Below, piece by piece: positions 53,836-63,037 of a DNA stretch of 64,000 bases. Position 1 is the stretch's first letter, and each line of letters starts with the position of its first letter. The stretch covers positions 14,903 to 78,902 of the IMG/VR virus record IMGVR_UViG_3300006115_000009; one strand, written 5' to 3'. The stretch comes from a virus. Taxonomy: Duplodnaviria > Caudoviricetes. Under the pieces are notes generated by a model. It saw only the letters and a program-made list of their open reading frames with translations. It was not told the DNA's origin and did no database searches. The translations under genes were made by a program, and so were the position numbers.

Positions 53836-54215
53836 TACTCATCTCCTAAGCCTTCGTGATATCCAAAGTGCCGCTCCAACGCTTTGTCAAGTTTTACAAT
53901 GTAACGTCGCAGGTCTTCCTGCTGTTCCTCGATTTTTTTAAATCCCGCTTCCGTGTTTTGTTCTAAACGACGGACTGCATCTTTCATACTGCTCCCACCA
54001 TTGTGAGTCGTTTCCCGATAGATGTGCTCTACCTCTTTGTAAATTTTTTGCGTAAGGTCATTTTCAACTTCTTTACCTACAAGGTTTGACACTTGGCGGA
54101 TAAAGCGGCGGTGGACAAACGCCACCACCGCCCAAACCGTGCCCGCGGCAAACCCTATGCCAGCGATGTAGTTAAACCAGAAGTTTGATGTATCAATAAG
54201 GCTTGCTGACAACAT
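53835..54215 (-). CDS. single-TM protein (holin-like, HNGGSSMKDAV)
   Basis: N-terminal TM; NGGSSMKD motif common in actinophage lysis cassettes. Confidence 0.55.
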   Translation of the reverse strand: MLSASLIDTSNFWFNYIAGIGFAAGTVWAVVAFVHRRFIRQVSNLVGKEVENDLTQKIYKEVEHIYRETTHNGGSSMKDAVRRLEQNTEAGFKKIEEQQEDLRRYIVKLDKALERHFGYHEGLGDE

Positions 54216-54221
54216 ACGGCA

Positions 54222-54764
54222 CTATTTTGGGGGAAGCCGTACTGGCATGTTGTTGTCAGTAATGTTGCGAAGGAAAGTTTGTGGTTGGCGACCATCAAAC
54301 GGAAAGCCGCGGAAAGGAACCGTCTTGGGCGCATTTACCCAGCAGTAACCAGGACCACCCTGTTGTCCGTGCGATACGGTAAGAATGTCTTCGCCGTGAA
54401 TTTCCACGATAATTGCTACATGTTCGCCGGTTCCGGGCCCATAAACAACGTAGTCACCAATCTCAATGTTGTCGGTCGTAACACCCTTCAGCGTCTTAAC
54501 CAGCAAAGCAATGTGCTCCTCGTGGGTCAAGAACGTGCCGGTGTATCCTTCGTGGTCGAAACCCAGCCCGTTAGGGTCGTTGCCGTTCGCCCACCAAGCG
54601 TACAGTGTGCACGAACCCGAGCAGTCGGTGTTGACGGGGAACTTGATGGGCCACACGCCAATAGCGGCCATGCGGTCTGAACCCTCTGAATAGTTAAAGT
54701 GTGCGTGATTCGCAACGGCCCAGTGAGCCCATGCGACCTCAGCGGTGCGGTGGTCAACAGTCAT
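54222..54764 (-). CDS. NlpC/P60-like cell-wall endopeptidase (endolysin candidate)
   Basis: TDCSGS, GDYVVY, GEHVAI, SHG. Confidence 0.72.
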   Translation of the reverse strand: MTVDHRTAEVAWAHWAVANHAHFNYSEGSDRMAAIGVWPIKFPVNTDCSGSCTLYAWWANGNDPNGLGFDHEGYTGTFLTHEEHIALLVKTLKGVTTDNIEIGDYVVYGPGTGEHVAIIVEIHGEDILTVSHGQQGGPGYCWVNAPKTVPFRGFPFDGRQPQTFLRNITDNNMPVRLPPK

Positions 54765-54774
54765 GCGTTTTCCT

Positions 54775-56340
54775 TTATTGTCCGATTAATGCGACTGATA
54801 GGTAGTTGTAACGAGGTGCGGCAGGGGTTGCGGTAGAAGCAGAACCGCTGTTTTGGTATGCCACAAGCCAAACAGCGTTTGTTGTTGTTGTGTCCAGATA
54901 AACAATGTCCGAAACGGGGAGTGCCGTGCCGGTTGTGAGGAATCCGTTGCGAGAAGTTCCGTACTGAACCGCGTTAGAGGTGGAACCGCCTGAATAAAAG
55001 CCAGTCCAAATCTGAATCTCAACAAGGCCAGCAGTTGTGGCTACTTCAAAGTTGCCATTTACTTGGTAGTAACCAGGGGTTGTAACAACGATGTACGTTG
55101 GCGATGAGCCGTGGCCACCACCAGAGTTGTAAGCCAAAGGACCGCCGGTAGCAAAAACAACGGTGTCGAATGCAATAACATTGCCACCAATTGCAAGCGT
55201 AGAAGGAGCGTTAGTCATTTCAATTTTGCAGACAGCATTGTTCTTGAGTCGGTTTGTAGCGTTTGTAAGGTCAATTGCTGAAGGCGTTCCAAGGTTTGAC
55301 GGAAGGTCAGACGTTGTAATTGTCGTTCCGGAAGTCACGCGACCCTTGGAGTCTGTGGTCACCTTGGTGTATGTTCCCGCGGTGCCTACGGCTGCAAGAG
55401 AAGGATTGGGGTAGTTTCCTGAAAGGTCGCCGCCGGCAGTTCCGGTTGATGGACCGGTCTGACCCTGGAATCCTTGGTAGCCCTGGTAGCCCTGATACCC
55501 CTGCGGTCCAGTGGCCCCCGTTGAGCCAGTTGCGCCGGTAATGGCTTGACCTTGGAATCCTTGCGGTCCTTGCGGAACGGTAAAGTTAAACGTCGCGTTG
55601 GTCGAGTTGCCGGAGTTGGAAACAGATGCGGCTGTTCCGTAGCCCACGGTAGTTGTAGTGCCTACGGCAATAGTGGCGGCGGTTCCGTTAGAACCCGTAG
55701 CACCAATAATTCCCTGATAACCCTGATAGCCTTGCGGTCCCTGGGCTCCAGTAGAACCAGTTGAACCAGTTACCCCTTGGTAACCTTGATAGCCTTGCGG
55801 ACCGCTGTTTGCGGCAACCCAAGTAGGAGTACCGCTTGAGTTGCCAAGAACATAACCGCTTTGAACTCCAGAGGTTGACGGAACGTAACTAGGAGTTACC
55901 CACGTTTTTCCGGTAGAACTAGAAGTAAGAACCTGTCCGTTTGTTGTCGTAGACGGAATCATGGCTACCCATGCGGTACCGTTCCAATACTTTAAAGCAC
56001 CATTTGCGGTAGATGTGTCATACCAAATAAGACCGGTAAATGTTGGAGTGGGCGCAGTGCTGCCAACCATAAACATTTGCTCGGTTACATTGTTCCAGTT
56101 TGTTCCGTCGTAGTAATTAAGACCGTAGTAACTTACGCCGCCGTAAAGAGTTGTGTTTGTGCACCACCAAAACTCACCTTGAATTGGAGAAGACGGCGGG
56201 ACGTTGCTAGTCGTCTGCGTCCAAAGGGGAATGTTGTTGTCAATAAAAGTAGCAACCGACTGAATGTCTGTTGAGATTACGGCACTGTCGGTGCTTAATG
56301 GGTATGGGACTTTTGCCCGTGGCGTTAAACCGCTAGACAT
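54775..56340 (-). CDS. collagen-like tail fibre
   Basis: GPQGYQGYQG repeats, GGDLSGNYPNP, VTTDSKGRVTSG, C1q-like C-terminus. Confidence 0.78.
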   Translation of the reverse strand: MSSGLTPRAKVPYPLSTDSAVISTDIQSVATFIDNNIPLWTQTTSNVPPSSPIQGEFWWCTNTTLYGGVSYYGLNYYDGTNWNNVTEQMFMVGSTAPTPTFTGLIWYDTSTANGALKYWNGTAWVAMIPSTTTNGQVLTSSSTGKTWVTPSYVPSTSGVQSGYVLGNSSGTPTWVAANSGPQGYQGYQGVTGSTGSTGAQGPQGYQGYQGIIGATGSNGTAATIAVGTTTTVGYGTAASVSNSGNSTNATFNFTVPQGPQGFQGQAITGATGSTGATGPQGYQGYQGYQGFQGQTGPSTGTAGGDLSGNYPNPSLAAVGTAGTYTKVTTDSKGRVTSGTTITTSDLPSNLGTPSAIDLTNATNRLKNNAVCKIEMTNAPSTLAIGGNVIAFDTVVFATGGPLAYNSGGGHGSSPTYIVVTTPGYYQVNGNFEVATTAGLVEIQIWTGFYSGGSTSNAVQYGTSRNGFLTTGTALPVSDIVYLDTTTTNAVWLVAYQNSGSASTATPAAPRYNYLSVALIGQ

Positions 56341-57380
56341 TAGTAACCTCCTACAAAGATTTGGATACCGGCGGGGCGGTAGCGATAAACAAAATTAACG
56401 TAAGGCGACGAACTGCTTGGTGTTGTACTTCCGGACAAACTAAAATAAAGACCGCCGATTGTACCGATGTAACTTTGAACCGCGGAGTAATTGGGATTTG
56501 TTCCTGAAGCGGCTTCCAAAGATACATAGGTGTAGTTTGAAAAAAATTGCGACGGGACCAGCAGGGTAATTGCCGTAGAACTGAACAAATAAGTGTTTCC
56601 GCTTGGAACGGTGTTTTCCATTACGATTACTTGATTCGCAGCAAGCGGTGTTTGGTTTGACGCAAGTTGTTCGTTTGTAACATTAACCAACTCGGCAACA
56701 ATTGCTGGAGCAGTCGCACGCTGAAAACCCGAAAGTTGGTTAATCTTCTGTACCATTTGTTGGCGGTTAAGCCCAGAATTGGGATTTATCTGCGCGCCTA
56801 CAAATTGAGCAAGCCAAGGAAGTGCATAGTTAGGGCAACGAGTAATGTCAATTGCTTGCGACCAACCCGGAGCGCCGCCGTAGTCTTCAAAGTAAAGACT
56901 GCCATCTGCCCCGACTGAGGCAGCGTGCGCTGTGGCATTTGAGCCGCGGGTAACGCCTGTCAGGTTGACAAATGGCGCCGTAAAGTTGTACCCGTTTGCT
57001 GGCACGGGAACGGTAACGACTTCAGCAATGTTTTGTGCAGTGTCTACAATTTGAATTTTGAAAGACGACAGGGCGTTAAAAACATTCCAACTTGAGTCTG
57101 TGCCAAAAACAGTCAGGTTTGTTTGCGTACTGTTAATGCCATAAGCAAGGTAAGCGTCTGTAATTGACTGGCCGGTGTAAGAGCCAAAGTCAACTTCAAT
57201 GTGCACGCCATTGCCAACATTGTCGCGAGTTAAGACGTTTAGGTCGTCAACAAGCGAAGCAATGCCGTAAATGTAATACCAAAGTTGGTAGCCATTCGCC
57301 GCGTCTTGGTCCTGAATAAATTGTGGCACCGCATTGTAAATCTGCTGCGTGCTGTAACTAGTTACTGTGGATGTAGGCAT
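56340..57380 (-). CDS. baseplate/tail protein (P2 gpI-like)
   Basis: LPWLAQFVG motif; follows baseplate J. Confidence 0.68.
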   Translation of the reverse strand: MPTSTVTSYSTQQIYNAVPQFIQDQDAANGYQLWYYIYGIASLVDDLNVLTRDNVGNGVHIEVDFGSYTGQSITDAYLAYGINSTQTNLTVFGTDSSWNVFNALSSFKIQIVDTAQNIAEVVTVPVPANGYNFTAPFVNLTGVTRGSNATAHAASVGADGSLYFEDYGGAPGWSQAIDITRCPNYALPWLAQFVGAQINPNSGLNRQQMVQKINQLSGFQRATAPAIVAELVNVTNEQLASNQTPLAANQVIVMENTVPSGNTYLFSSTAITLLVPSQFFSNYTYVSLEAASGTNPNYSAVQSYIGTIGGLYFSLSGSTTPSSSSPYVNFVYRYRPAGIQIFVGGY

Positions 57381-60028
57381 TATCCAAGTCCGCTGTAGGC
57401 GTTAAGTGCGTTGGCGTAAATAGTTCCTGTAATTGTGTTAGCAATCGGAAGCGGGGCAACTCCGGGCAAGGTAATGTCGGTCGCTGCGTACGTTCCGTTG
57501 AGCGGGTAAGAAAGGCGAGTCGTGACGCTGGAAACGCTGTTAACGCCGGACACACCAGCAATAACGCCAGCAATGTCCATAATGCGAACGACGTTTGCCG
57601 AACCATCCCAGTAAGGCGGGCTGTTTGTTCCGCCCGCCCAAGAAGCGGGGCTAAGGAAGTTGCGAATCGCTGCGTTCACTGCTGCCTGAACAGATGAGGC
57701 CGTGTAGCCAACCTGAACATAGCCACTCCACTGCACGTCAATTGGGACGTAATTGGGAATCATTGTGTTGACAACAAAGTTGACTTCTCGGCGAGCCAAA
57801 AGGTAGTCGTGCAATGTGTCCATAATTGTCTGCGACAATTCCATGCCGTTTACGTCAACCGGCGCAACATTTACCGTGCGAGCGTAGTTAAAAGTGTTGG
57901 GCTGGTAAAGACCACCGGTCGTCCAGAAGTATCCGTTTTGCTCGTATTCCGGCAAGGTTTGAACAGTGTAGGTTCCAGAGTAAAGCCCAATATTAGACAC
58001 AATTACGCTAGAGCCAGTTGGAACGTTTAATCCAGTGCCAAAAACAACTTGAACCTGAACATCTTGCGGTGTACTAAGCGAGAATGTTCCAACGTAGGTT
58101 GAGATAGACGCTGAAGAAGCGGTAAGCGTTGCCAGCGTTGTTGGAGATGCGCCAACCGTAACGACCTTTACCGAAACATCCGCATACGTTGACGTGGCGT
58201 AAGTCGTGTTGATGTTTGCCGTAATTGTGTACGTACGCGCGGTTGCGGAAAGGTTGTCCGATTCTTTGTGCGAAAGGTTGAAAATCTGCGACGTAGCAGT
58301 AAGCGCCGAGCCCAATGCCGAGCCGGTGCCGACAAACTGCAATCCTTGGTTAGTCAACCCGTTTACGCCAGAAGGCACCGTCCAAGAAGAGGCAGAACCA
58401 TTGGAAAGCCCATAAGCACTCAGAGTAGCGTCGGGAATAAAGTTGTAAGAACTTGTTGTTACGTAGGGGCTGTCGGCACCAGCAATGTCAAGGACAACTT
58501 GGTTTACAGAGTTGTACGTAACCTTGTTTGTCTTTGAAACCTCTGTGGTTGCGATGCCAATGTAAGCCTGAATTGAAGAAACGTAGGGCTTAATTGTGTC
58601 GTAAATTGCCGTCACGTTTGCGTCATAGGCAAGCGACGTTGGCGAGTTTGCGTTGGTTGACGCAACGTTAGCCACAAGCGTCTTAGGTCCAGTAGTGTAC
58701 GTGTACAGAGAATCGTCAAACTGCGGCAAGGAACTGAATACGCGTGTCGTGCCGTCAATGTATGTAGCGACGGCGAACACGTAAGCGCGCTCATTGCTTG
58801 CGGTGCCAGACTGGATAATTGAAGCGACTTGGTACCAGTCCGCATTTGCGTTAAGGCTAGTTACGGCCGGCATTGATGCGCCCTGAAGCAGCGTTACCGT
58901 GGCCGATGTGCCGTGAGCGTACTGAAGGCCAGGAGAGGCAATGGTAAGAGTCTGGTTGCCACCGGACGCTGCCGTTGCAGCGGTAACCATAGCAATTTCG
59001 TTGCCGTTTGTAGAGTCGTAAATTGCGATAAACGCAGGGTTGACCGAACTAATTGTAGAGTTGCTAAAACCGGCTGTGGTGACGATAAGGCTTGTTGCGT
59101 TAACGGCTGTTGCGGTTTGAACGGCGGCGGCATTTACAGGTGAGGCGGCGGCTCCCGTAATTTGCAAGTAGTTTGTGCCAGCAGTTCCGGGCGTCGAAAG
59201 AGTCGGTACGTTAGCGGTGCCGTTTCCAAACACACCCCAGCCCGAAGGCGCAGAAGCCGAGTTGGCCGCGGTAGTGAAGTTAGCGTCCGCAGCGCCAAGT
59301 CGATTTGTAAATGGGTTGAATCCGTCAAAGGCAAGTGCACGGTAAACGCCGGTTACGTTCTGCGAGAACAGGGCATAGTCGCTAGGCGTAATTGGACGCG
59401 GCGCAAGAAGTTGCAGTTCTGCGGCAAGGCGGTTCAAGTAAGCGGTTGTGCTTTCTGGGTCAACACCGGCCAAAAGCGTTGTTGGCGAGTTGGCGTACGT
59501 TGCCGTAATAAGAATAGAAGCAATTGACGACGTTTGAGAAAGCAACTGAAGGTACGTCGTTGTTGGATTTACGCCGGTCAGGTTGTAAATGTTGTAGAAC
59601 GAACCCGGCTGAATAGCCTGCATCGTAATCGACGCCGTTGTCAAGCCAGAACTGATTGTGGTGTCGTTTATAGTTTGAAACTGGTAGGTGGCTCCGCCAA
59701 AGAAAAAACCAGCAACGGTTCCGGCGGGGATTGTGTATCCACCGCTAGGGGCGGCCGAGGTCAACGTCCATGTTGTTTGGATTGTGGCCGAAACGCCCTC
59801 ATTCTGAGTAACGCCAACCAGCGAACCAAAGTATTGAAAAATTGTGTCGGGGACGTTCGAGGCAACGTTAGCGGCCTCCGCCACCATGTTGGCAAACTCT
59901 TCAAGAAGCAAGACTTCAAGGTTGCCCTCTCGAGGCACCCAACCCGGAATTGCCGTGGCGATGTTAGTAAGCGCCTGCTGAAGCAGAACGTCGCTGTCTG
60001 TTACTATAGGAATGTTAATGTAAGACAT
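57380..60028 (-). CDS. baseplate J-like protein with large insertion
   Basis: WVPREGNLEVLLLE...GVDPEST..YLNR...PRPITPSDY; C-terminal J-like domain. Confidence 0.8.
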   Translation of the reverse strand: MSYINIPIVTDSDVLLQQALTNIATAIPGWVPREGNLEVLLLEEFANMVAEAANVASNVPDTIFQYFGSLVGVTQNEGVSATIQTTWTLTSAAPSGGYTIPAGTVAGFFFGGATYQFQTINDTTISSGLTTASITMQAIQPGSFYNIYNLTGVNPTTTYLQLLSQTSSIASILITATYANSPTTLLAGVDPESTTAYLNRLAAELQLLAPRPITPSDYALFSQNVTGVYRALAFDGFNPFTNRLGAADANFTTAANSASAPSGWGVFGNGTANVPTLSTPGTAGTNYLQITGAAASPVNAAAVQTATAVNATSLIVTTAGFSNSTISSVNPAFIAIYDSTNGNEIAMVTAATAASGGNQTLTIASPGLQYAHGTSATVTLLQGASMPAVTSLNANADWYQVASIIQSGTASNERAYVFAVATYIDGTTRVFSSLPQFDDSLYTYTTGPKTLVANVASTNANSPTSLAYDANVTAIYDTIKPYVSSIQAYIGIATTEVSKTNKVTYNSVNQVVLDIAGADSPYVTTSSYNFIPDATLSAYGLSNGSASSWTVPSGVNGLTNQGLQFVGTGSALGSALTATSQIFNLSHKESDNLSATARTYTITANINTTYATSTYADVSVKVVTVGASPTTLATLTASSASISTYVGTFSLSTPQDVQVQVVFGTGLNVPTGSSVIVSNIGLYSGTYTVQTLPEYEQNGYFWTTGGLYQPNTFNYARTVNVAPVDVNGMELSQTIMDTLHDYLLARREVNFVVNTMIPNYVPIDVQWSGYVQVGYTASSVQAAVNAAIRNFLSPASWAGGTNSPPYWDGSANVVRIMDIAGVIAGVSGVNSVSSVTTRLSYPLNGTYAATDITLPGVAPLPIANTITGTIYANALNAYSGLG

Positions 60029-60762
60029 TAGTTACTCGCATCTATCTGAAGATTTACTTGCACTTGTTCGTTGTTCTTGCTGTCGTAAGAAACCGTAACT
60101 TGCGCAATTGCTCGTGGTTCCCACGTGGAAATAGCGTTTTGAATGACGATGGGGTCCGTGTTGTTGAATGGGAAGTCGGGCACGCCGTAAGAGGGTACGG
60201 CAGAGCGTTGCGTGAGTTGAGTTCCCAGCAGCATGGAAACGCTTGATGAAATCTCATCGTACGAGTCTTGTCCATTTACCGTAAATTGACGCATTTGGTC
60301 GATGCCAATTGAGTTGGTAAGGTGCGGTGGAGAAAACTGTGGCCGAATAGAAGGCTCAAAGGCGGATACGTTTACCGCTGTGCTTTCTACGCCGTTTTCG
60401 TCAATGTGGATAATGCTAAAAGCAATTGACATAATGTGAGCAGAACCCGGCATTGGGTAGCCTTGACCGGTCGGGTCGTATGTTGTTGCTACGCTGCCGA
60501 CAAGAGCCTGCATTGCCGTCCATGGGTAAAGATAAGAAGTTACCGGCGGAACAAGGGTATATCCAGAGGTGTTCTGGTTCTTAGTAATGTTCCTGGAAAG
60601 CGATGTAACAAGATTCCAGGTTGGAACCTGACTGTTTGTTGAGGTCAAAACGTAAACCTCGTATTGAGAATAAACAGTCGCATCTGAAGCGGCTGACCAA
60701 TTAAGTTGTATGCCAACCGTGTCTGTCCACGTGGACGTTAAGTTCGAAATTGGTTCAGCCAT
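60028..60762 (-). CDS. baseplate wedge protein (C-terminal gp25/GPW-like)
   Basis: LLGTQLTQRSAVPSYGVPD...ISTWEPRA. Confidence 0.7.
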   Translation of the reverse strand: MAEPISNLTSTWTDTVGIQLNWSAASDATVYSQYEVYVLTSTNSQVPTWNLVTSLSRNITKNQNTSGYTLVPPVTSYLYPWTAMQALVGSVATTYDPTGQGYPMPGSAHIMSIAFSIIHIDENGVESTAVNVSAFEPSIRPQFSPPHLTNSIGIDQMRQFTVNGQDSYDEISSSVSMLLGTQLTQRSAVPSYGVPDFPFNNTDPIVIQNAISTWEPRAIAQVTVSYDSKNNEQVQVNLQIDASN

Positions 60763-60764
60763 CT

Positions 60765-62003
60765 TTAAATACCCTGTCGCCCTCCTTGGCGCGGCCCATC
60801 CTTAATCGCAATAAGGTTGGCGCAGACGTAGGAGATGTTGTGTTGTTGGTGCCATTCAGTTGGGAAGTGAGTAAACAACTGACTGACTTGAAAGTTTGTC
60901 TTGATTTCAGGCACGTATTTGCGGTAGTTTTCGTCTACCCAGTACCAAAAACTGTTTTCGTTATAGAAAGCAACATGCGTGGGGTCTTGGTAAGCACCCC
61001 GCCCGTCTGTGCTTGGCGTAAGGCTAAGCATCATTCCACCGTGAGCAAGAACGCGGTAGAACTCGTTCCACAAACGAATTTTGTCGACAATGTGCTCGCA
61101 GAAGTCAACGGCACGAATAACCCCTACTGAATTGTCGGCAAGTTTTCCAAGCACGTCAAAAACGTCGCCAACCAAATCGGCAGGTTTGTATTGGTCTACC
61201 GACAAGTAACCCGGCGCGGGGTTGTGAGCAGCGCCCATGTCAAGTGCAAGCAAGCCATTGTCTTTTGACCATTTAAGAAGAAGCGGCTGAATTGTTTGTG
61301 CGTTGATTCGAACGGTTTCTTCTTGAATAAATCGGTTCGTATCTGGGTCAACCTGCGTGTTGTTTGAGTGAACTCGTTGGTAATACAAGCACTCTTTAAT
61401 GTGATGGAATTCACCTTGCAGGTAAAGACGCGCCATAAGGTCTTGGTCGTCAAGCACTGTTCGCCTAGCGTCATAGCCACCTGCGGCTTCGTATGCGCTT
61501 TTACGGAACGAACGGATGTGATTTGGCGCGTACCAAATGTAAGAAACGTTGTGAGGGGTTGGCTCCGGAGAAGAGCAGACAAGGTAATCGCCCTCTGGGT
61601 AGTATTCCCAGCCAAAGGCGGGGTCAAAGCACTGATAGTTTGGGCTTTTGTCCTCGTTTATCTGCGCAAAATCCGAGTAAACAAAAACAACATCTGGGTT
61701 TTTGCTGAACTCTTCGTTGACGCGCTCAAGTGCATTAGGAGCCAGAATGTCATCGTGGTCAAGTTCTACTAAGATATTGCCGTCACAGTATTCAACCGCT
61801 TGACGCTTTAACGCCCCTACGCCTTTTACGTTAGGATTGGCGTAAATAATGCGAACGCGGTCATCGTATCCGGGCCGATTCCATTTGGCTTCACCGTTAA
61901 GAAGCACAACCCATTCCCAGTTTTCGTACGTTTGCGCCTTAAGCGAAGCGTAACAGTCGTCCAAGAATTTGGAGTCGTGACTGGGTGTAAACACTGAAAT
62001 CAT
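60765..62003 (-). CDS. GT2 glycosyltransferase fused to SAM methyltransferase-like domain
   Basis: SVFTPSH, ELDHDD, DQDL; LDMGAAHN...FYRVLAHGG...AYQDPTH. Confidence 0.82.
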   Translation of the reverse strand: MISVFTPSHDSKFLDDCYASLKAQTYENWEWVVLLNGEAKWNRPGYDDRVRIIYANPNVKGVGALKRQAVEYCDGNILVELDHDDILAPNALERVNEEFSKNPDVVFVYSDFAQINEDKSPNYQCFDPAFGWEYYPEGDYLVCSSPEPTPHNVSYIWYAPNHIRSFRKSAYEAAGGYDARRTVLDDQDLMARLYLQGEFHHIKECLYYQRVHSNNTQVDPDTNRFIQEETVRINAQTIQPLLLKWSKDNGLLALDMGAAHNPAPGYLSVDQYKPADLVGDVFDVLGKLADNSVGVIRAVDFCEHIVDKIRLWNEFYRVLAHGGMMLSLTPSTDGRGAYQDPTHVAFYNENSFWYWVDENYRKYVPEIKTNFQVSQLFTHFPTEWHQQHNISYVCANLIAIKDGPRQGGRQGI

Positions 62004-62077
62004 GCCGTTCCTTACATGTTTCTACGGGCACAAAACTGCCCATCATAGAGACATGATACACCCAAGCCCTTAAAAAA

Positions 62078-63037
62078 TCAAGGATTTAACTGGTTTGCGT
62101 AGTAACGCTGGTCTCGAGGTCTGCCATCAAACGACGGCTTCATACCGACGCAAGCCTGAAAAAACACGTTGGCTTTCTCTTCCTCGCCAATTTCCTTGAA
62201 CAAAAAGCCCAAATCAAACCAAGCATCGGGTTCTTTGGGGTCGTAGCCGATTGCGTTAAGCCAAGCGCCCGCAGCGGCAATTTTGTTGCCAAGGTTGTAG
62301 TAACCACGGCCAAGATAAAGGAAAGCGTTGTAACGCTCCCAAGTCATAGTGTTTGTTTCTATGAAGTCGGCCCAGGCATCAATAGCCTTCTGGTCTTCCC
62401 CCAAAGCGTAAAACTCTTGACCCAAATAGTATTTGGTGCGTGAGTTTGTATCGCCTTCGTCAATTAGCCTTTGCAGAATTCGCAAATTTCTCTCGGCTCC
62501 GCCAATCACGTCACTGAACGGGTCGTCAATTTCGCCCCAGTCAAACACAGCACTGCGCGGCATTTCTGGCTTACGCGTTGTTATGGACTCGTGAATGGGG
62601 CGCTCCCAGATGGGGTCGGCACTCATACGCGCAATGCGAGGAACAACCATTGTCAATAATGGTCGGCCCTCCTCGTCAAGTTTGCGATTTAGCGGCACCC
62701 AAATCAAGTCAATTTGATTTGAGTTGTAAAGGTCGGTTGTCTTCAGTTTTTTAAACTGCTCCAAAGATTCGGGCTTTATAACGTCGCCGGTGTCAAGCCA
62801 CATAGCCCAGTCGCAAGTTACTTGACAAAGAGCAAAATTGCGTGCTGCGCTAAAATCGTCAATCCACTCAAACTCATAAACTTCGGCGCCGTAAGACTTG
62901 GCGACTTCAATAGTCCGGTCTTCTGAACCGGTGTCGACAACGATGATTTGCTCAAACAAATCCTCAACAGAATCAAGAGTGCGCTTTAGTGATTCTTCGG
63001 AATTCCTCGCAATGATGTGAAGCGCTAATGTTTTCAC
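62078..63037 (-). CDS. GT2 glycosyltransferase with TPR repeats
   Basis: IARNSEE, VDTGSEDRT, WIDDFSAARN, WLDTGD, PIHE; C-terminal TPRs. Confidence 0.85.
   Translation of the reverse strand: MKTLALHIIARNSEESLKRTLDSVEDLFEQIIVVDTGSEDRTIEVAKSYGAEVYEFEWIDDFSAARNFALCQVTCDWAMWLDTGDVIKPESLEQFKKLKTTDLYNSNQIDLIWVPLNRKLDEEGRPLLTMVVPRIARMSADPIWERPIHESITTRKPEMPRSAVFDWGEIDDPFSDVIGGAERNLRILQRLIDEGDTNSRTKYYLGQEFYALGEDQKAIDAWADFIETNTMTWERYNAFLYLGRGYYNLGNKIAAAGAWLNAIGYDPKEPDAWFDLGFLFKEIGEEEKANVFFQACVGMKPSFDGRPRDQRYYANQLNP

Noticed and set aside
49315-56340. G-x-Q repeats as a special repeat system
   Set aside because: Ordinary collagen-like tail fibre repeats
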